Assembly: GCA_013265495.1 (NCBI GenBank) | Contig: MU057651.1 | Coordinates: 2,768,948 to 2,832,947 of the forward strand | Reading direction: 5' to 3' | DNA length: 64,000 nt | From: Vicugna vicugna | Taxonomy: Eukaryota | Part shown: positions 23,997-34,625 of the stretch, one piece after another | Layout: the number at the start of each line of letters is the position of its first letter | How positions within the stretch are numbered: the first letter of the stretch is position 1 | The notes under the pieces: generated by a model | What the model was told of the DNA's origin: nothing | Databases searched by the model: none | Seen by the model: the letters and a program-made list of their open reading frames with translations, nothing else | Position numbers and translations under genes: made by a program

Positions 23997-26649
23997 GAAG
24001 TTACTTTTTGGCCCAGGAAACAAGAGATTACACGCTTCCCTTTAAAACTCTCAACAAATGAATCCTCCACGCTCAAACTTGATTCTGGTGCTGAGAAGAC
24101 ACGAAAACCATCAGCGGGTTCTTTCAAAGCATTTCGAGCCACGTCAAAGCCTCCGACTGGGTTGATGACATCGCTGAAGGGTTTCACAACCTTTAGTGAT
24201 GGTGGTGGCATTTCTTTCGGGCTGTGGTTGCAGCCCGTACGGAAACAAAAAAACCAACCAGTACATCAGAACATTCTCGGGCTGTCCTGCCCAACAGAAA
24301 AATAAAGTGATTGCATGTGTCATTTTACCTTAACAGCTGTGTCAAAAAGAACCAGAGGAGGAGAGGTTAAGGGCACCAAGGTGCGGGCATATTGCTTCTC
24401 CACTCCAAGCCTCAGTTTGCCCATCTGCAGGTTGGGGCTGAGCCACATCCCAGTGCCACCCTGGCTACTGCTGACCTGCTTTCCTGATTTCCAGACTCTC
24501 CCTCAAGGTGCACGGATTCGGCCAGAGGAGAAAGGATGCAGGGGTTTCTGAAGGCCTGAAAGATGAACTTCCCCACACCCCTGCCGTCTGCTGGTAAACC
24601 CACCGCCCCGCCGATCCACTGGGGGGAAGACATGGACTGGGACTTCACAAACGCTGCCATCAAAATGCCAACCCCCATGAGGGACCCATCAATGAACTTC
24701 TCATCCGCTACCCTAGGAGCTCACGTTCCAACGAGAGAAGGCAGACCTGGAAATCAGTGCATCTGGGACACACATTAACACAATGCTGGCCCCGCAGCCA
24801 AGCGGAAACCCGGCACGTGTATATCTTCATTCCGTCCGTGGCAGAAGCTCCGGTTTTGGTGATGAGGGCCAGGGCTCTGGCTCCGGCATGGGGGCTCCAG
24901 TCGAGCCAATCAGCAGCCTCCACATCACACAGCACCCAAGCCAGCGAGTGGACCGGCTTCGGCCCCGAGGCATGCATCCCTGTGCACACCCCTGTGCACG
25001 TGGGGTCCCTGGTTAATGGCAGCAAAGCCCCCGTGAGGCACGCAGCCTGCAGTGCACCACACTGCAGAGCCAAGTGGTGCATGTGGACCACAGTGTGCGG
25101 CAAGGTGTGCATTCACTCCTCCGATGCTTCTGGAATTGCCTGGGAGGAGACACGGAGCTGAAAATGCAGGAGATCATAGTGCCTGGGAGATGAATGGGGA
25201 GAACACCTGATGGGCAGGCAAGCTGTCTCACCGACCACAGACAGGATGTCACCGGATCAGAACTCGAGCCTCCTTCTTCTCTCCCTGAAGAGGGGCTGTG
25301 GCCGGCCACCACCCCCAGCACGGAGGCTGTGGGCCAGTCCTGGCACAGGGCTGGCCTGACAGGCTGCCTGCAGCCTGGGCCCCAAGCAGACGGCCTAATC
25401 TTAGACGTGAGGCCTTGGCGACTCTGGCCTGATGGGGCCGTCCTGCGAGGTCTCTGCGACCGGCAGGCGCTGCGGAGCGATGGCCGTGGGAGCGGAGCAA
25501 GGACATGTGGTTTTCCTCGCAGTGCCCATCAGCCAAGCCTCCCTCGGGCGGGCCCGGCTGGTGCGCAGCCAGATTGGAAAAGATACACAGTTATGGTCGA
25601 GAACCCACACTTCCACACGTCTGGCCGCTTGAGTGTGGAATTTATTGTGTTTTGATTGACTTTCATTTACTAAAACTTCAATATTAAAAAAACAGTGCAG
25701 GACAGCTGGCGCTTCACCCTTAAAGCAAATACTGTTTTGAATCCTGAAAATGATTTAGCAAATAGGACGGATGCGCTGAGGGGTGCAGGGGGGTGGCGGG
25801 AGATGCCGGCATCCTGAAGGACCCGCTCATGCAAACGGTCCACTTTTCCAGATTAGGGAAGGGAATGCGTCACTGGGGACCAGAACACGGTCACCAAGCT
25901 TGTAAACGCACGTGGAGAGCCGGGCCTGCCTCGTGGAGAAACGCGCACGTTGCAAAGCGCTGGTCCCCCACCACGGGGCCACATGTCCACGGGGCCACAT
26001 GTCCATGGGGCTGGCAAAAGAATAATCTTTCCCGCTCTCTGATCCACCTTCTCCACTGTTCTCAGCCTGGCAACGTCCCCGGATCAGAGCAATCAGAACT
26101 GCTAAAGCCTTCACAATTGAGCTTTGCGCTCAAAACAGCCTATACTAATGCTCATTAGGATTTTAATGAAACCCTTGGAGAGTGTATGTGTGTGTGTGTG
26201 TGTCTGTGGAAATGCATGCAGGCATATATACATGTGTAAGTGTATAGGGATTCGCAACACGTACATGTATCAAATTTACAAGAAATAAATGCAAAATCTG
26301 GACTAATCATTTATGATGGAAAAGGTTAGATGCACAACCCACACGGACCTTGAGGACAGGTGAGCACAGGTGAGGAGGAAAGGATGCTTTTGTGCGCACG
26401 ACCCCCGCTCTGCCCTGAAGTTCTTGGAGCGCAACAGAATGACAGCTACCACAGCCCCCTTCGTCCCTTATCAGTCAGAACCACACAGCAAATCCTCACA
26501 CAAGGGCCATTCTGCTCGCAGCCAGCCAGGGAGGCAGGACATCAAACCACAACCTCGCTTCAGCCTGCACACCCCCTCTGGTCTCCCCGTGCACCGTCCC
26601 AGCCCCGAGCCATGCAGGGAGCAGCCTGGCGGGGCGGCGCGGGGCTCAC

Positions 26650-26694
26650 CTCGACAGCTCAGGGCGGGCTCCGACTGAGTTTTGGTCAGAAGAA
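26650..26694 (-). CDS. COBL: COBL 45-nt alternative exon (VLLTKTQSEPALSCR)
   Basis: Pyrimidine tract ctctctccttgcctgcctttccag|TT and donor CGAG|gtgagc. Symmetric phase 1-1 between exons 4 and 5, no stop. Resembles a recalled COBL isoform insert (VLLTKTQSEPSLSC). Confidence 0.8.
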
Positions 26695-28579
26695 CTGGAA
26701 AGGCAGGCAAGGAGAGAGTGAAGGCCGTCTTCACCATCTGCGGCAGCACCAAAGCCCCGACCCCCGCGCCCCTCGCAGGAGAAGGCCCCGCACAGAGCAG
26801 GCTGGCACCCCTGGTCTTCATTCCCTGCAATCCCACAGCTGCCCGGGCTGCTAAGTGCCACCCTGGAAGCAGGTGGCACCGAAGTCTCCCGCTTTATTAA
26901 GCTGCCACCAACAGGAATTCCAGGGGAGGGCGGGCCTCTGCCTACAACCCTCACACCCCCTCCTCTCAAAAGTCTGACCATCAGGAGGATGGGATGGAGG
27001 CGTTTGGCAGGGATATGAATCAAATATTTCACAGCTGGTTTCGGTCCAGCATGGTCCAGATGGAAGGAGTGTCCACCACGGGCTCTTGTATTTGCCTCTT
27101 AATTTTCTGGGGGGCGTTGCTGGAGTCCCAGGGGGAGGATCCCCGGGTGGGTGCCCAAGGCAGTGAAGTGGGCGGCTCAGGGGCTGGAGGGGCGGCTATC
27201 TTCCCAAGTGCAGCGAAGGGTCCTGCCCGGCGTGGGATGAGAACAGAGAGCCCTCGGCCAGGGCGGTTTCTCCCACTCAGAGCCTCACTCGTGTTCCAAA
27301 AGGCCAGCGGCTTGAGGGGGCCAGCCCTTAGCAGAGAGCCCGCTTTTACACCTGTCAAGATGCATCCTGATTTGCACATAACAGAAAACATTTGTTTGCA
27401 GAAGAATTTTTCTTCCACATGCTTAAATGTGGAGTGATTTCTCTTTGTTTTGCCTTCCTTTTCTCTCTCTCTCTTTTTTTTTTTTTTGGCCAAATGAAAG
27501 CTCTGTTTCCAAAGAGTCCCAGAAAACCAAATTTAAACAGGATGGACAGAACCATACAGTCATGCCCGCTACATCCAGATCCTGAGAGCAATCTTGTTGT
27601 GAGTTTTAACAAGATACTGGATAAAACACAAGACGCGTGACTCTCAAGTGTCAGAACGCTTTTTCCTTTTGGAAGGAATAAATAGTCAACGTTCTAATAC
27701 ACGACGGAGCTGAAACCCTTTCTTAAATGTCAAATGAGCCCTGAGGTCCAAACCCTCCAGGAGATTGAAGGAAGGTGGAGGAGGGTCTCCTACGATCATT
27801 GATTTCACAATAAATTGGGTAATAAGAAAATAGAGTTTTTTTTTAATTGGGAAATTTTTTAAAACTGTAGAAAGCCATGAAAACTTGAATTTTAAAAGCC
27901 AACCTGGTCAGTATTTGTGGAATAAATAAAAAACCAAGAGCTCTTATGTGGGCTCATTCAAATAGACACTTCTGTGAAGTCCACTTTAATAATTCTAAGG
28001 TCAAGGAATATTAAAAAGATTTCTTTTGGTCTGACAGTTGTTTAAATAGTCAGCCCTTCCGTCAGTCAGGAGAATCTGCTCACACAAGATGTCAGTCTTC
28101 CGACCAACCCCGGCCTCAAGCTGTCACTCTGGCAGCGGCCCTAACTGGGGCCTCGGGTGGGTACCAGATTCGTGGGAGGAGTAAGATGTCCCTGGCCTGG
28201 GTGGTGATGGAACATGGTGTTACCTGGAGGGGCTGAACTGCAGTTGGGGTGGTTTCAGGGAGGAGTGAAATGCATTCGTGCCGTCTCTTCTGATGACGAG
28301 CAACGGCTGAGACTTGGGAATATTAAGCGGCAGTTAAAAAGGAAATCTAGGAGAATATGGTTCACGTGTGGTTTCCAAGAAGTTCTTTTGGAGCGGAAGC
28401 CCCAGCATTCCTCTGACCTTTCCCCACTTTTACGCATGTCCTGGAAGCTCACAGGGGACAAGGGGTAGCGGGCACGCTATGGACTTGGGGGAGGAGGTAT
28501 GACTACAGTGTATGTATTTTATTTTCCGTCCACCCCGGCTCGGATTTGGACCACTTCTGAGCTGCCCGCAGGCGCGCAT

Positions 28580-28695
28580 CCCCATCTGTGCGCGCGTCCC
28601 CATCATGCGCACGCATCCCCACCATGCGCGCGTGTCCCCATCGTGCGCGCGTGTCCCCATCGTGCGCGCATGTCCCCATTGTGCGCACACGCGCG
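28580..28695. repeat. ~19-bp CpG-rich minisatellite (ccccatcgtgcgcgcgtgt) x~6
   Basis: Units read directly. Confidence 0.9.
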
Positions 28696-28746
28696 GAGAG
28701 CGAGCGTCCCAGCCGCGCGCGGGGTGGGTGGCGGACAACGACTCAC

Positions 28747-28975
28747 CTCTCTTGTTGTCCCACGCATACAGCTCCTTTATCCCCAGCTCGCTCAGGGACT
28801 TGGAGAGCTCCAGCTCGTCGCCGGTCACGTCGTCCCGGAGGAGCACCACGTGCTCCGGGCTGACGCCGCACTTGGCGCAGATGAGCGGCAGGATGGCGGC
28901 CAGCGGCACCTCGGGGCTCACGCGCACCACCGCCTTCTGCGTCCGCAGGTAGTTCACCACCAGGCGCACCGTCTT
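28747..28975 (-). CDS. COBL: COBL coding exon 4 ([25 protein letters not shown]...[14 protein letters not shown]), ubiquitin-like Cobl domain
   Basis: Diagnostic COBL/COBLL1 domain peptide. Acceptor gtcttgcag|AAG, donor AGAG|gtgagt, 229 nt, ends in phase 1. Confidence 0.97.
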
Positions 28976-29285
28976 CTGCAAGACACCCGGGCCGCGCGTC
29001 AGCGCCTCTGCGCGCCGGGCCTGCGCCTGCGCGGGGCCTGCGCGGCCGGGCGTCGGGCGGCCCGAGGCGCGCTCCCAGGATCCAGCGGGGCGCGGGGTGG
29101 GGTGGCGCACAGAGCGGGGAACAGCACTGCGGGGAACAGCGCATCTCCCCGGGAACCGTCTCCTCGCTAGCGAACAAACGGCCGGCAGGGGCGCTCTCAG
29201 CTTCCAGCCTCTGCGCTCCGAGGGCTGCAACAGACTTGAACACAGGACTTCCCGCATGTTCTCAAAGAACACAGTCTGGAACTAC

Positions 29286-29610
29286 TGTGCAAATCCAATT
29301 TAACTATTTATTTAACTGTTGTGCAAATCCAATTTAACTATTAAACTATTGTGCAAATCCAATTTAACTATTTATTTAACTGTTGTGCAAATCCAATTTA
29401 ACTAACTGTTGTGCAAATCCAATTTAACTATTAAACTATTGTGCAAATCCAATTTAACTATTTATTTAACTGTTGTGCAAATCCAATTTAACTAACTAAC
29501 TGCTGTGCAAATCCAATTTAACTATTTAACTGTTGTGCAAATCCAATTTAACTATTAAACTATTGTGCAAATCCAATTTAACTATTTAACTATTGTGAAA
29601 ATCCAATTTT
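29286..29610. repeat. Minisatellite, 11 copies of tgtgcaaatccaatttaact plus a variable linker (period 26-34 bp)
   Basis: Core starts at 29286, 29320, 29350, 29384, 29410, 29440, 29474, 29504, 29534, 29564 and 29594. Confidence 0.95.
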
Positions 29611-29674
29611 AAAAAGCAACTACATAAAACAAGAAATCCCATTTTTGTCTAAGAAGCCAAAGTACACACACCTA

Positions 29675-30800
29675 TTAACATCTATATAAATATATTTAAT
29701 AAAAATAAAATTAAAATAAAAAATTTAAACAATCAAATATATACTATATTAAATATATGTAAATGTATTTAAAGTTAATTATATATTAAATAAATAATTA
29801 AAATTAATACATATATTAAATTATGAAAGTAATGTAATATGTAGTAAACATATACGTGAATATTTTAAATGTAATATAATTTCATATATATTTAAAATAT
29901 ATATTTAATATTTATATATTAATATCTATATAAATATATATAAAATTAAAATTTTAAATTTAAACATTAGATATACACTATATTATATTAAATATATGTA
30001 AATATATTTAAATTTAATTATATATTACATAAATAATAAATAATTAAAATTAGCAAATATATAAAATATATGTTAAATCATAAAAGTAATGTAATATATA
30101 GTAAACACATTTAAATATTTTAAATATAACTCAATATATATTTAATATTTATATATTAATATTTATATAAATATATTATATAAAATTAAAATTTAAACTT
30201 TAAATATAAACTATATTATATTAAATATATGTAAGTATATTTAAATGTCATTATATATTACATAAATAATAATTAAAATTAATAAATATAATATATATTA
30301 AATCATAAAAGTAATGTAATATATAGTAAACATATATTTGAATATTTTAAATGTAATATAATATAATTTGATATATATTTTTAAAATATATTTTATGTTT
30401 ATACATTAATATCTAAATATATCTGATACATTTAATTAAAATAAAAAATTTAAACATATTAAATATATACTATATTGTTAAATATATGTATATATATATA
30501 TTTAAATTTAATTCTATATTAAATAAATAATTAAAATTAATAAATCTGTATTAAATATATATTAAATTACAAAAGTAACGTAATAATGTAGTAAAGATAT
30601 GTTTGAATATTTTAAATAAAATTAAATATATATTTAAAATATATATTTAATGCTTATATATTAATACCATATAAATATATAGTGTATACATGTTTGTGTA
30701 TACACACATATACATATATACACTACGCACATATATATTAAACTAGAAAAACATAACATACTTTAGACATATGAATATGATAGACATATAATACTAGATA
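29675..30800. repeat. Extremely AT-rich diverged tandem repeat, ~225-265 bp x ~4
   Basis: Anchor aaagtaa(t/c)gtaata..tagtaaa at 29826, 30083, 30308 and 30572. Confidence 0.85.
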
Positions 30801-31619
30801 CAATAATCAGAAAGGAAAACGATTTTACTAAAGCTGACTCTAAATGTCTACAGATAAAGTGGCCCAGAAAAAAACATAATATCCTGAAGTTTCAGGCCCT
30901 CAACTTTGGTTTCTGCTGACCACCCACAGTTCTCAGGTCCTGCTGAGTGAACACAGAAAAAGTGTATTGAGTAAACGTCTGACCACCGGGATGGAGCTCC
31001 CGCTCCCGTCCAGTCTGAGGGCCAGGTCTGACGAATTTTAGGAGGAAAGATGGAACCCACAACCCTTTCCCATGCTTCTCAAACCAAAGTTATGAATCAT
31101 AACCCTGGACTGCCCCATCCCTGGGAGGTGCGCTTAGGGATCAGGCAGGCAAGAAAAGCCACAGAATATAAAAAAAAAAGTTTCATTCCCTTGATTTTGC
31201 TTGAAGAATTATGGAAAACTCAAAGTATAGATGGTGCCAATTAAAAGTTACTAACTATCCAAAACTGGAAGGCATGCATTGGCCAAATTCCCATTTTTAA
31301 AAGCAGAATATACTAGATGGTCCAAGAATCTAAATAAATGAAATAGCCCTGCGTTTAATCGGAGACCAAAGATCTATAGCAAAGCCGTTTTATAAAAAAC
31401 TCACTGGGCCGCTGGAATTGATTGTAATTGATGCTCAAAAGCCTGAAGTGAGTGTATGCGTGAAGCATTCTCCCACTGCAGTGAGAAAGGGTTTCTGACA
31501 TCAGGTTTTGAAAAGGGAAACCCACTCTGGTTTCCTCTCTCTAGGAAGACGCTCCAATCTTCCCCACATCCCAAATGCCGCCGTGGACGGGAAGGCCTCC
31601 AGGATTAGTCCAACAGGGC

Positions 31620-31790
31620 AGACGTTGGCTACTGTGCTTATTCACATTCAAGTTAAGTAAAGTGAAAAGCTCCGCTGTTTTGATCCCACGAACTGCATTT
31701 CACGTGTCATCAGTGGGGACCGCCTGGCGGGCTGCAGAATTATGGACCGTTTTCATCTGTGCAGAAAGCTCTGGCTGTGGTCTAGTTCCC
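31620..31790. mobile_element. Probable MER3/MER33-like hAT relic
   Basis: ttcaagttaagtaaa..catttcacgtgtca..tttcatctgtgcagaaagctct motifs. Confidence 0.45.
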
Positions 31791-32093
31791 TTTTCTTTGG
31801 TGTCTAAAGCAGCAGTGCTCCCCCACCAACATTATTAAGTGCTGTAAAGTTCGGTCTCCTAAAATAAACTCAAGTTCTTGTATTTATTTTATAGTTACAT
31901 AAAATAAAGTCTATATATTTATTGTAAACTCAGTGCTAATTTAGACTAGCGTGAGAGTGGAGACCTCAAGTACAGAAGTCTGCGTGTGTCACTCAGGCAG
32001 GAGGGGCTCCACCCGCCCCCTTTCCAGCACCTCCACCGACCTCAGGTAACCGCACGCGCCCTTAGGTGACAAAGGGTCCCCGGTGCTACTGAC

Positions 32094-32304
32094 CTCGGGC
32101 ACCTTAGGTGGGCCAGCCTTCACCTTTGCTTCGGGAACTTTTTCTTTCAGAAACACAGTGTGCACATTCAGGGTCCCAACTAAAGTATTTGGCTTAAAAC
32201 TCAAAGGCTGCTGGTTTTCCGAAGAGCGGATCTCCAGGGCATGGGTGGATGGGTTCAGATGGTTCTGAAGGCAGAGCTCAACCAGTAAATCCATCATTGC
32301 ATGG
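32094..32304 (-). CDS. COBL: COBL coding exon 3 ([29 protein letters not shown]...[18 protein letters not shown])
   Basis: Near-identical to recalled COBL sequence. Acceptor tttcttccag|CCAT, donor CCCGAG|gtcag, 211 nt. Confidence 0.97.
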
Positions 32305-33684
32305 CTGGAAGAAAGATACAAAGCATGGTCACTGGAAATGTTTGCACTCTCCCTTCTGCTAGCCCAGTGGGGCTGGAACAAACCAAGCCGTGGACGAATG
32401 AGCAAATCCTTTGTGCCAACAGCCCTCATTAATTCCTCATGCATGACTGTGCGCCAATACCTCCACGTTTTCAACGCGAATTAAAACCACCACTGAAAGA
32501 GCAGCCCAAATCATAATTGCTGGGAAAATGGTGAGATTTCCAGTTAAAGCCACGGCCGCGCTGACTTGAGTCCCGAAACTTGAGTCAGCACAAGTGACAT
32601 TACGGGGACGAGGCATTGCATTTCCAATTATGCAGAAACAAGAGTGCGCCTCAGACGCTGAAACTGTACGTTGAAGATGACAGCTTGCTTTTTCAAAAGC
32701 TCAAAAGTATGCTTCTTAAAGACAAAAAAAAATGATTAAGGCATGCATCTTATTTGAACGTCAAGCATGTTTGTAAGGTTCCCCCATCAGAGATTTAAGG
32801 GGGCAGTCACAATTCAGATTGTCCCAAAGAAGCGAAAAATGTCACCTCTGTCACTTCCGTTTGCCTGGCAGGGTATTTTTCTATGTAAAGCTGACCTCTC
32901 TTTTCCTACAGATTTCCTGAGCAGTGGAGAATAAACGTTTCATGAAAGCATAGGTCCTTTCTCTGGGGCTCTCGGACAGACACCGAGGCCTAACACAGAC
33001 TGACCTGGGCTGCGTTGAAGAGGCGGGGGGGCGGGGTACACAGCCACGTCCAGACGTGCGGACGTGGGTCCCAGAGCCGTGGGTCCTGCAGGGCCTCCCA
33101 CTTAAGCGGTTCTTCCCCCGGCCCACGTTCCCAGTGCCCACTATGTCCCATCGCCTGCTTTTCTGGACCGTTTTCTCATAAAATTTCCAGGGTCTCTCCC
33201 TCTGTGTAATCCCAAGTTCAAGTTCAATGGTGGAGTTAAAAACAGTCATAAAGTCGATTGATTACCCGAAACGACATTAGCAGGGGAGGGTGGCGGGGTA
33301 ACGAGGCAGATCTTTGGAGCTTCTCCCCGACGGCTCCTGAATACATCCCTTTTCTTCCAAACTGTTAATCCGTGTTCCCCGAATTCATGTTAAGTGTTAG
33401 GATGAAATTTTCTGACATTTGTTGTGCTTTCTGTTTTCAAATTTAAAACGTGCGTAGGATTTCTCTCCTTCCTTCTTTTAAAAAACAGGACTCCCCAATG
33501 TGCAGATTTCAAAAGAAACCTTTTGCGTGAGTCGACAGTTTTCAAGAAGAAAAAAAAAAAACTGGTTTTCTCTCCTATGTGGCTCTTTTTTTAAAAGCAA
33601 AGCAAAGAATCTATTGGAAAATGTAAAGTTAAGATGTTAACAAAATGGATCTGGTGAAAGGATCCACTTCTTTAAAAACGCAAT

Positions 33685-33940
33685 CCAGAAACTGACACAA
33701 CATTGCAAACTGACTATACATCAATTAAAATATATATATATATTTATATATATATATATACACATACATACACAAATGGAATCAGAAAAATCTTGGACAC
33801 ATACACGAAACTTACACACATACACATGCAATGAAATTAATACACTTCAAAAAAACATATATATAAAAAATGCAATCAGATAGCAAAATCTTGGACACAC
33901 ACATGAAACTTACACACACGTATATGCAATGAAATTAATG
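33685..33940 (+). repeat. Short L1 3' tip, (TA)n and a ~95-bp-period direct duplication
   Basis: ccagaaactgacacaacattgcaaactgactata; aaaatcttggacac..gaaacttacacaca..atgcaatgaaattaat occurs twice. Confidence 0.75.
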
Positions 33941-34469
33941 AGTAGAAAATATAGGAGAAATATAGGTGGTGCTTATGCTTAATTGTAGAATAAAAATATA
34001 GATAATTTTATAAAAGCATTTTTAGTTTATATGAAATGTAAAATGTTGTGACGGGTCCGAGAGTACTAAAAATCGTTCCTCTTTTTTTTTTTTTCTTTTT
34101 GAAATCCCGGCAGAGAACTGGACACACCAATGGGCAGCCTGAATAAACACTCTGCTCCCCAAATGCAGAGGGGATGGTGGGGAGGGTGGCATTGCAGTGA
34201 GCAGGCTGTTTGGGGACCACAGCCCTGGGACACGGACGTCAGAGGCTGATGAGTGAAACGCGTCTCTGTGGAGGGCACCTCTGTCTGCATCACAAAGCTG
34301 GCCCTGGCTGGGCCTCTGGGACCATTCCTAAGCTGCTAACGCGAGCCTCCCTCCCACTCCCTCCTTGTGCGATCACGCCAGCGAGCCCGTGGGCTCCTCC
34401 CGGGGACCGCGTGCTCACCCACGGGGTATGGGGACACCCAGCAGAGGGGTGGGCCGCCCTCATCACCGC

Positions 34470-34625
34470 AGGGGTTCTCAGAGTTCAATGCGTGTCCCCC
34501 GGTTTCCGGTGTGTTAAAGCGCTGATCGCCGGCCCCATCCCGGGGCTTCTGACTCGCTAGGTCTCGTCTGAGAATTTGCATTTCTCACAAGTCTCTCTTG
34601 GCCTGGGGACACACTGAAGACTATA
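34470..34625 (+). mobile_element. MER5A-like hAT relic
   Basis: ggttctcagagtt..ggccccatccc..ttctgactc..ctgagaatttgcatttctcacaag..ggggacacact. Confidence 0.65.

Larger units (their letters stand above)
28560..29235. promoter_or_regulatory. Intragenic CpG island spanning COBL exon 4
   Basis: Very dense CpG/GC (cgcgcg, gcggccgggcgtcgggcgg) over about 670 bp. Function not shown. Confidence 0.8.

Noticed and set aside
28430..29272. 280-aa single-exon protein and the antisense 223-aa ORF
   Set aside because: Only 28747-28975 is bounded by splice sites and matches COBL; the flanks are stop-poor CpG-island and repeat DNA.
29286..29610. CRISPR-like array
   Set aside because: Spacers are only 6-14 nt and are variants of one another, there are no cas genes, and the context is a mammalian intron. 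It is a minisatellite.
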